This document shows, one piece after another, positions 10,229 to 19,499 of a stretch of DNA of 64,000 nucleotides. The notes beneath the pieces were generated by a model, which did not search any database, was not told the origin of the DNA, and saw only the letters and a program-made list of their open reading frames with translations. How positions within the stretch are numbered: the stretch's first letter is position 1; the number at the start of each line of letters is the position of its first letter. Both the position numbers and the translations under genes were made by a program. The stretch comes from a virus, in IMG/VR virus record IMGVR_UViG_3300030042_000123, positions 6,941 through 70,940 of that record; one strand, written 5' to 3'.

Positions 10229-10414
10229 ATGGATCAACTCACAGTCGATAAAATCATTCAACTTGGCCACGCCGGGAAGACTCAGTATGGCATCGCCACT
10301 GGTCTCAAGCTGTCGCAGACCGTGGTCGCTTATGTTCTCAACGAGGATTTACGCGGCACGAAGGCAACCAAGATCACCGAAGCCCTCAACAAGCAAGAAG
10401 CCCGTCTTGCCTAA
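10229..10414 (+). CDS. Small HTH-like protein
   Basis: RBS AAGGAG; GKTQYGIATGLKLSQTVVAYVL has HTH spacing. Confidence 0.6.
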   Translation: MDQLTVDKIIQLGHAGKTQYGIATGLKLSQTVVAYVLNEDLRGTKATKITEALNKQEARLA

Positions 10415-10484
10415 AAAGAAATAGGGTGCGGCTCTAGGCTCGCACCCCGATACTGGTTTTTCCGCGCTCACCAGCAAAACTATC
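10413..10484 (-). ncRNA. Candidate ~72-nt small RNA
   Basis: Directly downstream of a class-1 promoter, no ATG; hairpin TGCTGGT/ACCAGTA, then terminator hairpin GGGTGCG..CGCACCC plus TATTTCTTTTT. Confidence 0.5.
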
Positions 10485-10490
10485 ACTTAC

Positions 10491-10526
10491 ATTATACCCT
10501 ATCGGGGCTCGAAAAGGATAGGAATC
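10491..10526 (-). promoter_or_regulatory. Class-1 phage promoter (copy 1)
   Basis: GATTCCTATC-N18-GGTATAAT on minus strand. Confidence 0.75.
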
Positions 10527-10536
10527 CGAACTATTT

Positions 10537-10680
10537 TTAGAGCAGGTCGATGCGAGTATCGGCGTCCACCGCGTGCCAGCCGCCGTTGATGAAGCCCTCG
10601 TAGCCCAACCACTGGACCTCCAGCGGAGTCTTGCCATCCCGCTTCTTGCCTACACGGGCAGCGATGATGCGGGTCTCCAT
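10537..10680 (-). CDS. Small hypothetical protein (47 aa), weakly chromo-like
   Basis: METRIIAARVGKKRDGKTPLEVQWLGYEGFINGGWHAVDADTRIDLL; stops just before the class-1 promoter; start uncertain. Confidence 0.35.
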   Translation of the reverse strand: METRIIAARVGKKRDGKTPLEVQWLGYEGFINGGWHAVDADTRIDLL

Positions 10681-10761
10681 TCCGTGCTGGCGGACAACCG
10701 CTTTCTTGAGTTTCGTGCTCGTAGCGACCAGCCCATGCTCCGCAGCTTTGACATTGCACCA

Positions 10762-11061
10762 TTAGTTCGTCACCTTTGCTTCGAGTTCTACTTCTGCGTC
10801 AAACCTATCGTTGCTGGTAATCTTCGCGGCCTTGGGTGCGGCGGCGTGCTGCGCTCGAATCTGGCGGGCGTACTCGCCAAGAGAAATTCTCAGGATCGGG
10901 AGCGCCGTGGGCAGGACCGATGGCTTGTCCATGCACTCGCCGCTGATGACAGTCACGTCATGGGTAGCGGCGGCAACGGGGTCCGCTGGTTTGATAGGCG
11001 TGCGCGGCTCTTGCGCGAAGGCTGGAACCGCAAGCATCAGGCTGAAAAGCAATATCCGCAT
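10762..11061 (-). CDS. Small secreted protein
   Basis: Signal peptide MRILLFSLMLAVPAFA|Q. Confidence 0.7.
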   Translation of the reverse strand: MRILLFSLMLAVPAFAQEPRTPIKPADPVAAATHDVTVISGECMDKPSVLPTALPILRISLGEYARQIRAQHAAAPKAAKITSNDRFDAEVELEAKVTN

Positions 11062-11070
11062 GTCAGTCTC

Positions 11071-11274
11071 CTAGTTGAGTAAGGAAGCGATTTCGACGTT
11101 CTGTTCCTGCCCAAACTGCCGCAGGTTGGCGACGGCGATGCTCAGGGATTTCTTCGGCATCCGTAGTTGGTAGCCGTAGCGACCGTTGGCTTTGAGTTCA
11201 TCCAGCCGAGCCAATTTCGCGATGTAGGCCGCGTACAGTGCTTCGAACGTGTTGACCTTCTCGATGAACGTCAT
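11071..11274 (-). CDS. Hypothetical protein
   Basis: ATGA overlap with upstream ORF; RBS GGAGG. Confidence 0.7.
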   Translation of the reverse strand: MTFIEKVNTFEALYAAYIAKLARLDELKANGRYGYQLRMPKKSLSIAVANLRQFGQEQNVEIASLLN

Positions 11275-11495
11275 TTCGCCTCCACTGCGAAGTAAAGGTC
11301 ACCCCGCTTCGTGAGTTTTCTTGCGGCAACCAGAGCCGACATGACCTGCTCAAATTGTTCGAGGGAGCAGCCATGCGTCATCAGGGCTGCATAAAGAGTT
11401 CCAGCAGGCGTACCAAGTTTTCCGCTGGATGCCACAACCGCGATCAACGCATCGCAAATCTCTTTCAGGGCATTCGTTACTTGGGTGCTTGTCAT
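11271..11495 (-). CDS. Hypothetical winged-helix-like protein, leaderless
   Basis: ATG 6 nt after the TATAAT of a class-1 promoter; helical pattern ending LVAARKLTKRGDLYF. Confidence 0.65.
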   Translation of the reverse strand: MTSTQVTNALKEICDALIAVVASSGKLGTPAGTLYAALMTHGCSLEQFEQVMSALVAARKLTKRGDLYFAVEAK

Positions 11496-11501
11496 GTCCC
11501 T

Positions 11502-11537
11502 ATTATACCCAAAAATGGGTCAGAAACGATAGGAATT
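11502..11537 (-). promoter_or_regulatory. Class-1 phage promoter (copy 2)
   Basis: AATTCCTATC-N18-GGTATAAT. Confidence 0.8.
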
Positions 11538-11567
11538 TTGGACTATATTTGGTTTGTTTTCAACAGG

Positions 11568-11828
11568 TTATACGCCGTGGTAGCCTTCGCCGCCTGCGGC
11601 GGGAACGGCTTGACGTTTCTCTTCGTAGGGGTCGTAAGTGGTTAAGTCTTTGATGGAGCCTTCTTCGACTATCTTCAGGGAGGAGGTATCGACGATGTGA
11701 TACCAATCGTCGTTGCCCATCACGGATTCCACTTTGGCACGGGCTGCCTCAATGGTGTCGGCTGTGCCTTGGAAATCACTCCAGCCGCCGCCCGGGTAGT
11801 ATTCTTCACCTGTGAAGACGAAGAACAT
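11568..11828 (-). CDS. Hypothetical phage protein
   Basis: F.F.GEEYYPGGGWSDF..TAD..E.A...DWYHIVD; abuts the stop of the upstream gene. Confidence 0.7.
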   Translation of the reverse strand: MFFVFTGEEYYPGGGWSDFQGTADTIEAARAKVESVMGNDDWYHIVDTSSLKIVEEGSIKDLTTYDPYEEKRQAVPAAGGEGYHGV

Positions 11829-12902
11829 TTACATGCCTTCAGCGGGAGCAGTCGTGATCGGTGCGGGACGCGACTTACGCGGCTGTCCAATCGGCTTTAC
11901 TGCACCGCCGCTCGGACCATTCTCGCCCATCACGTAGCCCATGAAGCGTTCCTTCATGAAACGTGGGTTGGATGCGCGTAGTGTGCTGCACAATCCCTCG
12001 GCGATGTTGCGCTTCTCATCGGGACCGACGCTCATGTTCTTGATTGCGTCTGCCAGAGCGATGAAATCCTTCTTGCTCATCGCGGAAAGCTTGTTGCCAG
12101 CTTCTTTACCCTGAGCCTGCGGAATTTCCTTCACGAACTTCTCAGCACTTTCGGAGTGCGGTGCGATGGTGTACTTCTGCTTGGTCGGTTCCTGTGCACC
12201 AGAACCCTGTTTGTTGCCCTCAGCCTCGCCCTGAGCCTGCGGCATCTTGGCCTTCTGCGGTGCCTTGGGGTTGCCGGATGGGTCACGGTCGGTGCTGAAA
12301 GCGTCGGAGCCAGAGGCGGCTTCCTTCTCTGCTTCAGGTTCCGCGTCGTCGGCGGGTTCGGCTGCGGCTTCAGCTTCAGTCTCTTCCTTGGCTTCAAAAT
12401 CGGGACCTTCGGACTCGGCTACAGCTTCGCCCTTGTCTTCACCAAGCTCAAGTTCGTGCTTGCCTTCGTCGGTAAATGCCTTCTCAGCAGGCGTGGCACC
12501 CAAGTCGATACCCAGAGCTTCGGCGGCGATTTCCATCGCGGCTGCCTGCTCATCCAAGCCCTTATAGGCTTGCTGGAGGGCGTCAGCCAGAATATCTGGC
12601 TGCTCTTCGGCGATACGGATGAACTTCTTGCCGTACTTTTGGGCGGCTGCAACGCGGATTTTGGCGGGAGCATCCTTGGCGATTCTCGCGAGACCGAGGT
12701 TGTGACGGAGGGCTTCCATGCTGTCAGCCTGACGAGCGGTCTTGGCGACAAGCTCGTCGAGGACCTTGGCGAACTTCGCCGGGGACTTCGCTGTTTCACG
12801 CATTTTCGCGTATTGAGCCACTTTTTCGGTCTTACGGGCTTCGCGGCGGGCTACAATAGCCTTGCGAACTGCCTCACGGTCTGCCTTCTTTACGTTTGCC
12901 AT
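11829..12902 (-). CDS. Putative internal head protein with K-X-A motifs
   Basis: Likely start ATG 12902 (RBS GAGAGG); coiled-coil N-terminus, acidic middle, KEA|A, KQG|S, KLS|A junctions; shares a 25-aa motif with 36591-38057. Confidence 0.6.
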   Translation of the reverse strand: MANVKKADREAVRKAIVARREARKTEKVAQYAKMRETAKSPAKFAKVLDELVAKTARQADSMEALRHNLGLARIAKDAPAKIRVAAAQKYGKKFIRIAEEQPDILADALQQAYKGLDEQAAAMEIAAEALGIDLGATPAEKAFTDEGKHELELGEDKGEAVAESEGPDFEAKEETEAEAAAEPADDAEPEAEKEAASGSDAFSTDRDPSGNPKAPQKAKMPQAQGEAEGNKQGSGAQEPTKQKYTIAPHSESAEKFVKEIPQAQGKEAGNKLSAMSKKDFIALADAIKNMSVGPDEKRNIAEGLCSTLRASNPRFMKERFMGYVMGENGPSGGAVKPIGQPRKSRPAPITTAPAEGM

Positions 12903-12976
12903 GGTGTTTCCCTCTCTACAATAGGTGTTTGGTAGGCGTGTTTTTCCAAGTATTCTGCGGCTAATCGTTCCATGGT

Positions 12977-15900
12977 TTATTCTCCAGAGACGGGGGTTTC
13001 CTTCATGGCGCGAGCCACGCTGAGTACCAAACCCTGCTTCGTCTTGGTGCCCCATGCCGTCTGCACACGATCTTTGTTCGACGGGTCACGTTTCAGGGAG
13101 CCCCACAGCATTTCGATCAGTGGGTGGTTCTCGTACTGATTCTGCACGTCGCGTTGGAGTCCGCCGTCGCCGGGTGCTGCCTGCTTCTCTTCGCTACCCT
13201 TACGCTTTGCGGGCGGCTTTGGCTGCTTGGCTTTAGCTGCGGGCTGATCGAGCACGCTCATGGCGGCATCGACCGCCGCGTTGGTGTCTTCCCACCAGAA
13301 CGGCTCGCTGAGCTTCTGATTGTCCTCATTGTAGACCTGAAGCTCCGCTCCGTCGCCGCCTTCTGTCGCTTGAATCCATAGACGGACGGTGCCCTTCATC
13401 GGAATGGCAGGGGCATAGGTGCCCTGTCCGCGAATCTCGGAGCCCACAAGGACATACGGACCCTGATACTGGTCGAACGCCTTGACTGTGCCGCCCAGTG
13501 CCTTCGCGATGGCGTGGTGCATCGGCCATGCTTCGGCGTCATCGGCTTCAGACTGGCTCATCTCGCCCGTGGCTTCCTTTTTATTCGGACCAAACGAATC
13601 GGCTTCCCGCTTGTGTTCTTTCCACTGTTCGAAATTCAGTTTGGTGTCGCCGTTGGCAACTTCATACTGCCAGTCTTTATGGTCAGTGTCCTCGGACGAA
13701 CTCGTTGGGCTGAACTTATCCGCTTCTTCTTTGTACATTTTCCAGTCCTCGAAATTAAGCTTCGTGTCGCCATTAGCGACCTCATACTGCCAGTCTTTGT
13801 AGTCGGTGTCCTCAGCGGAAGACTGAAGTGGAAGGTCCATCTGATTCGGATCAGGTTCGGCAGGCGGGGCAATCTCGCTGCCCTCGTCCATTTCGAACAG
13901 GTTGCCGCCGTACTGCAAGTTGACCTTGTTGCCATTCATCAGTTCTTCAACCATGTCCTCGATCTGGTAACGCTCGTGCCAGTAGACGTTACCGTCTTGG
14001 TCGCTCATGAGTTCGCCGGATGTCAGTGCTCCAATGTCCTCGGGGTTGACCATCTCCCAGCCATTGGTGAAGAAGTCCTCCATGAGTTCGAAGATATTCG
14101 GCTTGTTAATCATCTCGCCGATACCCTGCACATCGCTGAGCAGGTTGGCGGTGGGCTCCAGCGTGATGCCGTACTTGTTGTAGACGACCTTGACGTTGAA
14201 CCCCTCGTCTTCGCCAGACGTGGGCTGTTCAGTCGCCGCTACTTTGTCCTCGCTGCTGTGACGAGGTGGGATTCCCTCGTTAGCCAGATCGAGGTCTGAC
14301 TTTTCGGTGAGACCCAACTGTGCGGGGGTCTTGAGCTTGCCGCCGCGTTGCGGCATTGCGTTGATCTTGTCCGATGCGTCGGATGATTCATGTTCTTGCA
14401 TGTCCTTCTCCTCAGGATGATACCCGTAAAAGTCCATCCATTCCTTAATGTGTGGCTCATCGCCGCGACCCTTCGCCAGAGCCTCGTCAACCATCGACTG
14501 CATGTACGTCTGACCGTCCGTGGTCAATGGGTTCTCAAGGAAAATGTGGCAACCAGAGCAGTGCTCGGGTGCATCGGATTCTTCCTCGAAGAACGGCCCT
14601 TTCGGGTAGTTGTCCGAATCATACGAAGCCTCGTCCATCACGTTAGGCGGCGTCTTACCCTCCGCGTCCAGCGTGGCAGCAATTTCTGTCGCACACTTCT
14701 CGCACCACACGTCCGCTTGATAGATGTACGTGCCGTCGTTGGAACCACGGATACCACTGTTGGCACCCGGCTCGAACGCTTTCTTTTTCTTTCCAATTAC
14801 ACCAAGACCCCTCAGACGGGTTTTATCGGCTTCGCCGAACTCAGGTGTCTCAATGGGTACATCGGGCTGAGGTATAACTTCTTCGACACCAGCGGCTTCC
14901 AACAATTCCACATCGCCGGGATCAATGTAGTCGGCAAGGCCCTGTAATTCCATCAACTCTCCCTGACTGATCCGCTCGGCGCGGAGTTCGCCTCGGAGGT
15001 ATTCCAAACGACCCTGAATTTCCGATGTCTCCTCCTCATCAAGCCACGCTTTCTTCGCCGAACCAGTCTTGGCGCATGGAGCTTTCGAGGCTTCCTGCAT
15101 ACTCATACCGCAACGCTTGCAGTGACCATCGGTGTCAGTGTCCAGATCGTGAGTGCTGATGTTAGTCAAGCGTGCTCCGTCCGCTTCCTTCTCGATAGAA
15201 GCCTCAATCACGTTCTCTGCCTTCGTCGCCAGCGATGACGGGATGGGGAGGGTGGAAGACTCATGGAAATTTTCTTGGCAAGAGTCGTCGCCGTTGTCAA
15301 TCTGTTCGAGATCAAGATCGCCTTCGTCGCCCATGTGGTGACCTACGTCAACAACCGACCACGTGGCTCCGCACGGCCCACAAACAATCCACCACTGCCC
15401 GTGCTCAAAGTACGGATTGCAGTTCTCGTGAATCTCGGTCTCGGGGTGCGTCTGTGCCAACTGTGCTACGCGAGCTTCCATCTCTGGCGTGTTCTGTTCG
15501 GTCAGCAATCCCGCACTCACCTTGTTGGGCGTCTCAGTAACACCGCCGCTTGATCTCTCGGTATGACCCTGCTCGGTATAGTTCGGGTCGTCGCCGACAA
15601 TTTCACGCAGGGCGTTCTCCGCGTCTTCACGATAGTCGTCGATGTCGCTCAGCGAGCCGTCCTCTTCGCGGCGGAAAGCGTACTCAAAATCCATCATGAG
15701 CTTGGAGCAGGCGATGTACTTGTCTTCGCCCTTGCCCGTGCGGGTGTAACGCTCGTTGAACACGTCCGCCAGCCCGCCCTCCTTCTTGCCTTCCATGAAA
15801 TACTCGAAGGCATCTTCGAGAATGCTTGCTGTTTTGCTGGTCATGTGCCACTTCTTTCCGGGAAGTTCGGGTACAACTGTCTTCCGCATTGGTTTCTCGT

Positions 15901-18883
15901 CTTCGGTCGTTGGTTGCTGACCCGGCAGAGCAACGGCCGTTCCGGGTGGTGGAGCTACTACTGTCTGTGGTGCGGCGGCAGGTGCGGCGGGACGTGCTGC
16001 GGGAGCCGCTGCCGCTGGAGCCGCTGTCTTCCTCGCAATAGTCATCGATACAACCTTCTCGCCTTCCTTCATGTACTTTTTCACGGCACGTTCGGCAGAA
16101 CCGTAGTCCACACCTGAAACCTGCTGTTCACGTTGCTGACCCTTGGGATCACGCAGGAGGACTTTCCATTTACCCGCTACCTTCGGTCCCGCCGTGCCTG
16201 ATGGGTACAGCTTACCGAGTGTATCATTCCAAACCTTTTCCTTCTGCGGACAATCGATCTTGTGGTGATTCGTGACCGACCCGCAGCACTCTAACGTCTT
16301 CAATGATGTCGCAATCTTTGGAGGAGCCCCAGCCGAGCCGCCTTCTTGATAAAATTCTTCACGCCACAGATCGCCTGCTCCGCGCACATCGTCCGACCCG
16401 CCCCCACGCCCAGCGAGTTCCGCAGCCTCTTTCGATCCTTGCGTGCGTCCATGAGGCAGGCGTCCAGTGTCACCCGGCGTAATGCTGGGACGAATCGCAT
16501 CCTGATCGGCGTTCACGAAGTCGTGCCCGATCATGCCTTCTTTTTCAAAGCCGGGGTCAGTCCACTCCGCACCCTCAGTTTCAAACTCTTGAAGCGTCAA
16601 TTGCTGCCCATCGTCTTTCATGACGGGTTGAGGTGTGTGCCCCTTGGCATACGGGATCATCGCTTCGACCGTGGGCTGAGGCTTCGTTGTGTCCTCACCG
16701 AAAGCGTTTGGAATCTCTCCCCACTCGTACCACATCTCCGTATTGTAAACCCACATGTGCTCCGTGGTCTCATCCGTCACATAAATAAACCAGTCCTCGG
16801 CGAGCACAACGCGCAATCCGGGAGCCGCGTACTGAGGACCTGCCGCGATAGGCTTAAAGCCGCCCTCACTGGGAAGCTTTTGAAGGGTGGGCTGCTCTTC
16901 ACCGTCCGCTTTCTTCAGGGTCTCATCAATGGACTCGCCACGACGAGCTTCCATCTTCTTGATTTTATCGCCGTACTTGCTTGCGTTCTTGTTCTCGGGG
17001 CAATCACAGCCCTCGCAGATGCAGTTCTTTTTCAGTCTATCGCAACCATCGCAGTATGGCTCCTGTACAGAAGATAAAATCTTGACCGTATTGTCAGCAT
17101 CACCCGTGCCTTGTTCCAGACGGATGTACTCGATAGTCGCATCGGTGCATGGCTGGCAGTAGCGAGTCTTGTATCCGTAAATCTCAAGCATGTGAGCGGC
17201 GGGGTTCGGACATCCGCCCGCCTTGTGACCCAGCGGGCACTCTTCCCACTCACAGGAGCATCGACCGAGGTCAGCCGCCGTGTGTTTGGAATTGTAATTC
17301 CGCAGAGCTTGGAAAGCCGTATCGTAATTGCGCTTCGCCGCCTGCCACTCGGGGGTAGCTTTGGTAGCATCGGGCGTCATGCCCGTTGGCCCTTTGGGGA
17401 ACTTCTTGAGTTCCTTGCTGAAACGATCTACGTCCTGTTCCAGCTTCGTCTGTTCCTCATTGATCGGTCTGTCGGCGTGTCCGTAAGCAGCTTCCTTCGG
17501 ATCGTTGATACCCTTGACAATGCCGTGCTCCCAGTTCTTGCCGCACTTGTTGCACTTGGCGGTCTCGAAGTCCGTGGGCATCAAGCCGTAATCGTCAGAG
17601 CCGCAATGGGGGCACTTCGGCTTTTCCGCAGCCGTGCGACAGTTGGAGCAGGAGTTCACGTTGAAAGCAATCTTCGGAGCCGAGCAACGGCAGGTCTGAA
17701 CGCTACCACACTTGCACACTTGCTTGCGGTGGTGGTTCGAGGCCGTCTTATCGCCTCGTGTCTCACCGTCCAGCAAATCTGCTTTGTTCGGGCAATAGCA
17801 GCCGTTCTCATCGTTGCCGCATTGCGGACAATACTCGGATGCGATGCACCCAGCAGCCTTAAACTTGACCTTCTCGGACGAAGCCTTGGCGGGACGTGCC
17901 TTCGCCTTTGGCGGCGGTGGGAACATGTGTTGCAACAGGTCCGCAAGCTGGTAGGAGTTGCCCAGTTGAGTCTTGTTCTCGTAAACGAAGTCGCGGAGCA
18001 AGCCGCCGATCTTGTCTCGGTACTGCTTCAGGGAATCGAAGCTCAAACCTGTGCGGTGAATCCACTCTTGAGTCAGGTCGCTGATCTTAACGTCGCCACT
18101 CTCGGTTTGCTGAGCTTGATCCCAGTAAATCTTGAGCAGGGCGGCGTAATTGGGGGCGGACTTCGGAGTCTCCTTGGTCTTCACCCACGCTTCGAACTTC
18201 TCGATAAACTGATTGATGTCGCGGTCGGACTCGGACTGACCGACGCCCGGGGTTGTAGCGTGCTCTTCGGTGTCGAGGATGTTGTAGGTCTCGCCCTCTT
18301 CTCCGGGTTGTTCCATGCTCATCTCTTCGGGGCGAATCAAAGCAATCGCGTCCTGCTTCGCGTGATCCTTGGCGTAGTAAATGAACGTGCTCTTGAGGTA
18401 GGAACTGACCTGCTCAGCGATGGGCTTCTTCTGGGTTTCCTTGTCGAAGCCTTTGACCTTCTCGGCAAAGTTTTCCAGCAGCTTCTTGCCGTTCTTCTGC
18501 GTCCGCTCGAACAGAAGGGAGACGACCGCTCGGTAGATCACCTCATCCTGAATGTCTTGGTCTTGGGTTACGGAGTTGAGAATCGACGAGTAGATTTTGG
18601 TGAGGTACTTCGCCCAGTCCATCTTGGGGTCAGTGGGTAACCCCGCCTGCTCGATGAGCGAGTTGACAATCGCGGTCAGGTCTTTGTTGAAGGCAAACTT
18701 CAGGAGGGACGCGAAATGCATCCAAGCCCCGGCAATCGGGGAGAAGTTTGCGGGGGTTGAACACGGTCGCCCCTGAAGGTCGGCCAATTTGAAGGCACAC
18801 TCTCCCGCTATTTTCAGCGTAGACGAAATGCGGTAGGCTTTTCCATCAACACCGTACACGATTTGTCCTGCGTTAAGGCGCAC
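12977..18883 (-). CDS. 1968-aa modular polyprotein (putative virion cargo) with K-X-A linkers, many Cys-rich modules and a sigma-like N-terminal module
   Basis: Single long ORF with GTG start and GAGG RBS; short unrelated modules separated by KTA/KEA/KVA/KIA/KKA/KQA. Confidence 0.75.
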   Translation of the reverse strand: MRLNAGQIVYGVDGKAYRISSTLKIAGECAFKLADLQGRPCSTPANFSPIAGAWMHFASLLKFAFNKDLTAIVNSLIEQAGLPTDPKMDWAKYLTKIYSSILNSVTQDQDIQDEVIYRAVVSLLFERTQKNGKKLLENFAEKVKGFDKETQKKPIAEQVSSYLKSTFIYYAKDHAKQDAIALIRPEEMSMEQPGEEGETYNILDTEEHATTPGVGQSESDRDINQFIEKFEAWVKTKETPKSAPNYAALLKIYWDQAQQTESGDVKISDLTQEWIHRTGLSFDSLKQYRDKIGGLLRDFVYENKTQLGNSYQLADLLQHMFPPPPKAKARPAKASSEKVKFKAAGCIASEYCPQCGNDENGCYCPNKADLLDGETRGDKTASNHHRKQVCKCGSVQTCRCSAPKIAFNVNSCSNCRTAAEKPKCPHCGSDDYGLMPTDFETAKCNKCGKNWEHGIVKGINDPKEAAYGHADRPINEEQTKLEQDVDRFSKELKKFPKGPTGMTPDATKATPEWQAAKRNYDTAFQALRNYNSKHTAADLGRCSCEWEECPLGHKAGGCPNPAAHMLEIYGYKTRYCQPCTDATIEYIRLEQGTGDADNTVKILSSVQEPYCDGCDRLKKNCICEGCDCPENKNASKYGDKIKKMEARRGESIDETLKKADGEEQPTLQKLPSEGGFKPIAAGPQYAAPGLRVVLAEDWFIYVTDETTEHMWVYNTEMWYEWGEIPNAFGEDTTKPQPTVEAMIPYAKGHTPQPVMKDDGQQLTLQEFETEGAEWTDPGFEKEGMIGHDFVNADQDAIRPSITPGDTGRLPHGRTQGSKEAAELAGRGGGSDDVRGAGDLWREEFYQEGGSAGAPPKIATSLKTLECCGSVTNHHKIDCPQKEKVWNDTLGKLYPSGTAGPKVAGKWKVLLRDPKGQQREQQVSGVDYGSAERAVKKYMKEGEKVVSMTIARKTAAPAAAAPAARPAAPAAAPQTVVAPPPGTAVALPGQQPTTEDEKPMRKTVVPELPGKKWHMTSKTASILEDAFEYFMEGKKEGGLADVFNERYTRTGKGEDKYIACSKLMMDFEYAFRREEDGSLSDIDDYREDAENALREIVGDDPNYTEQGHTERSSGGVTETPNKVSAGLLTEQNTPEMEARVAQLAQTHPETEIHENCNPYFEHGQWWIVCGPCGATWSVVDVGHHMGDEGDLDLEQIDNGDDSCQENFHESSTLPIPSSLATKAENVIEASIEKEADGARLTNISTHDLDTDTDGHCKRCGMSMQEASKAPCAKTGSAKKAWLDEEETSEIQGRLEYLRGELRAERISQGELMELQGLADYIDPGDVELLEAAGVEEVIPQPDVPIETPEFGEADKTRLRGLGVIGKKKKAFEPGANSGIRGSNDGTYIYQADVWCEKCATEIAATLDAEGKTPPNVMDEASYDSDNYPKGPFFEEESDAPEHCSGCHIFLENPLTTDGQTYMQSMVDEALAKGRGDEPHIKEWMDFYGYHPEEKDMQEHESSDASDKINAMPQRGGKLKTPAQLGLTEKSDLDLANEGIPPRHSSEDKVAATEQPTSGEDEGFNVKVVYNKYGITLEPTANLLSDVQGIGEMINKPNIFELMEDFFTNGWEMVNPEDIGALTSGELMSDQDGNVYWHERYQIEDMVEELMNGNKVNLQYGGNLFEMDEGSEIAPPAEPDPNQMDLPLQSSAEDTDYKDWQYEVANGDTKLNFEDWKMYKEEADKFSPTSSSEDTDHKDWQYEVANGDTKLNFEQWKEHKREADSFGPNKKEATGEMSQSEADDAEAWPMHHAIAKALGGTVKAFDQYQGPYVLVGSEIRGQGTYAPAIPMKGTVRLWIQATEGGDGAELQVYNEDNQKLSEPFWWEDTNAAVDAAMSVLDQPAAKAKQPKPPAKRKGSEEKQAAPGDGGLQRDVQNQYENHPLIEMLWGSLKRDPSNKDRVQTAWGTKTKQGLVLSVARAMKETPVSGE
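13590..13815 (-). repeat. Tandem 120-nt (40-aa) repeat inside the polyprotein
   Basis: EDTDYKDWQYEVANGDTKLNFEDWK... / EDTDHKDWQYEVANGDTKLNFEQWK... Confidence 0.9.
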
Positions 18884-19484
18884 AGTTCACCTCTCGCCGA
18901 CCCTTGTTCCAAGGGACTCTACCTTGAGCAGCCGACTTCATTTTCTGTATCGTGCTTTCGGAGTGCCTTCTGTCTTTGAACCTAGTACCGAGGTTTGCTA
19001 TTAGCTGCTCTTTTGAAGTTACACAGGGCATTTCACTAAGGGTTTTGCTGATCTTATCGCAAACATCTTGGGGAACAGTGCGCCCAAACATCGACTTGCT
19101 AATCTTGTCACGAACAGCTTGGGGGATGGGCTTTCTGTACTGGTGATGGTTTACCCCGCTCATCTTCCGACGAGTCTCTTCATTGGGGATTAACCCGTCA
19201 CCCCCCATCGTCAGGTTATAGCCGTTCTCAGGTTTATGGGATTGATGCAGGATAATGAAGAAGGTCTCCATTTTACGGAGTTCTTCCTTGGTCTTGGCTT
19301 GGTGCAAGACCTCGACGGTAAAAGCCTCTGCACCGTACTTGCGGATGGCGTTGTGAAAGTAGAATGGACTACCCCTGCGGGCTCTGTACCGATGCTCTTT
19401 CCACCGACGATTAACGCTGGAGCCTTCCCACTTGCCGATGTAGACCTTGCCGTTGACCGTATTTGTAATGCGGTAAACAAGCAT
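18873..19484 (-). CDS. GIY-YIG homing endonuclease with NUMOD3-like repeats
   Basis: LVYRITNTVNGKVYIG, FHNAIRKYG, GYNLTMGGDG, HSESTIQKM. Confidence 0.88.
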   Translation of the reverse strand: MLVYRITNTVNGKVYIGKWEGSSVNRRWKEHRYRARRGSPFYFHNAIRKYGAEAFTVEVLHQAKTKEELRKMETFFIILHQSHKPENGYNLTMGGDGLIPNEETRRKMSGVNHHQYRKPIPQAVRDKISKSMFGRTVPQDVCDKISKTLSEMPCVTSKEQLIANLGTRFKDRRHSESTIQKMKSAAQGRVPWNKGRREVNCAP

Positions 19485-19499
19485 TGCCAGACTCCAAAG

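Noticed and set aside
10449-10484. sRNA as a CRISPR-repeat mimic (RNA anti-CRISPR)
   Set aside because: No convincing similarity to repeat families I can recall; it would need a repeat-database search.
10499-10762. Track ORF MVQCQSCG... (87 aa)
   Set aside because: It runs into the conserved class-1 promoter and its C-terminal half looks like off-frame sequence; a different frame (10537-10680) looks more protein-like. A frameshifted gene cannot be excluded.
12156-18640. Long plus-strand ORFs (e.g. 12156-12935, 13514-14299, 17111-18640; likewise 33453-34427 and 40986-42260)
   Set aside because: Antisense shadows of GC-rich minus-strand genes; no motifs, RBS or plausible composition.
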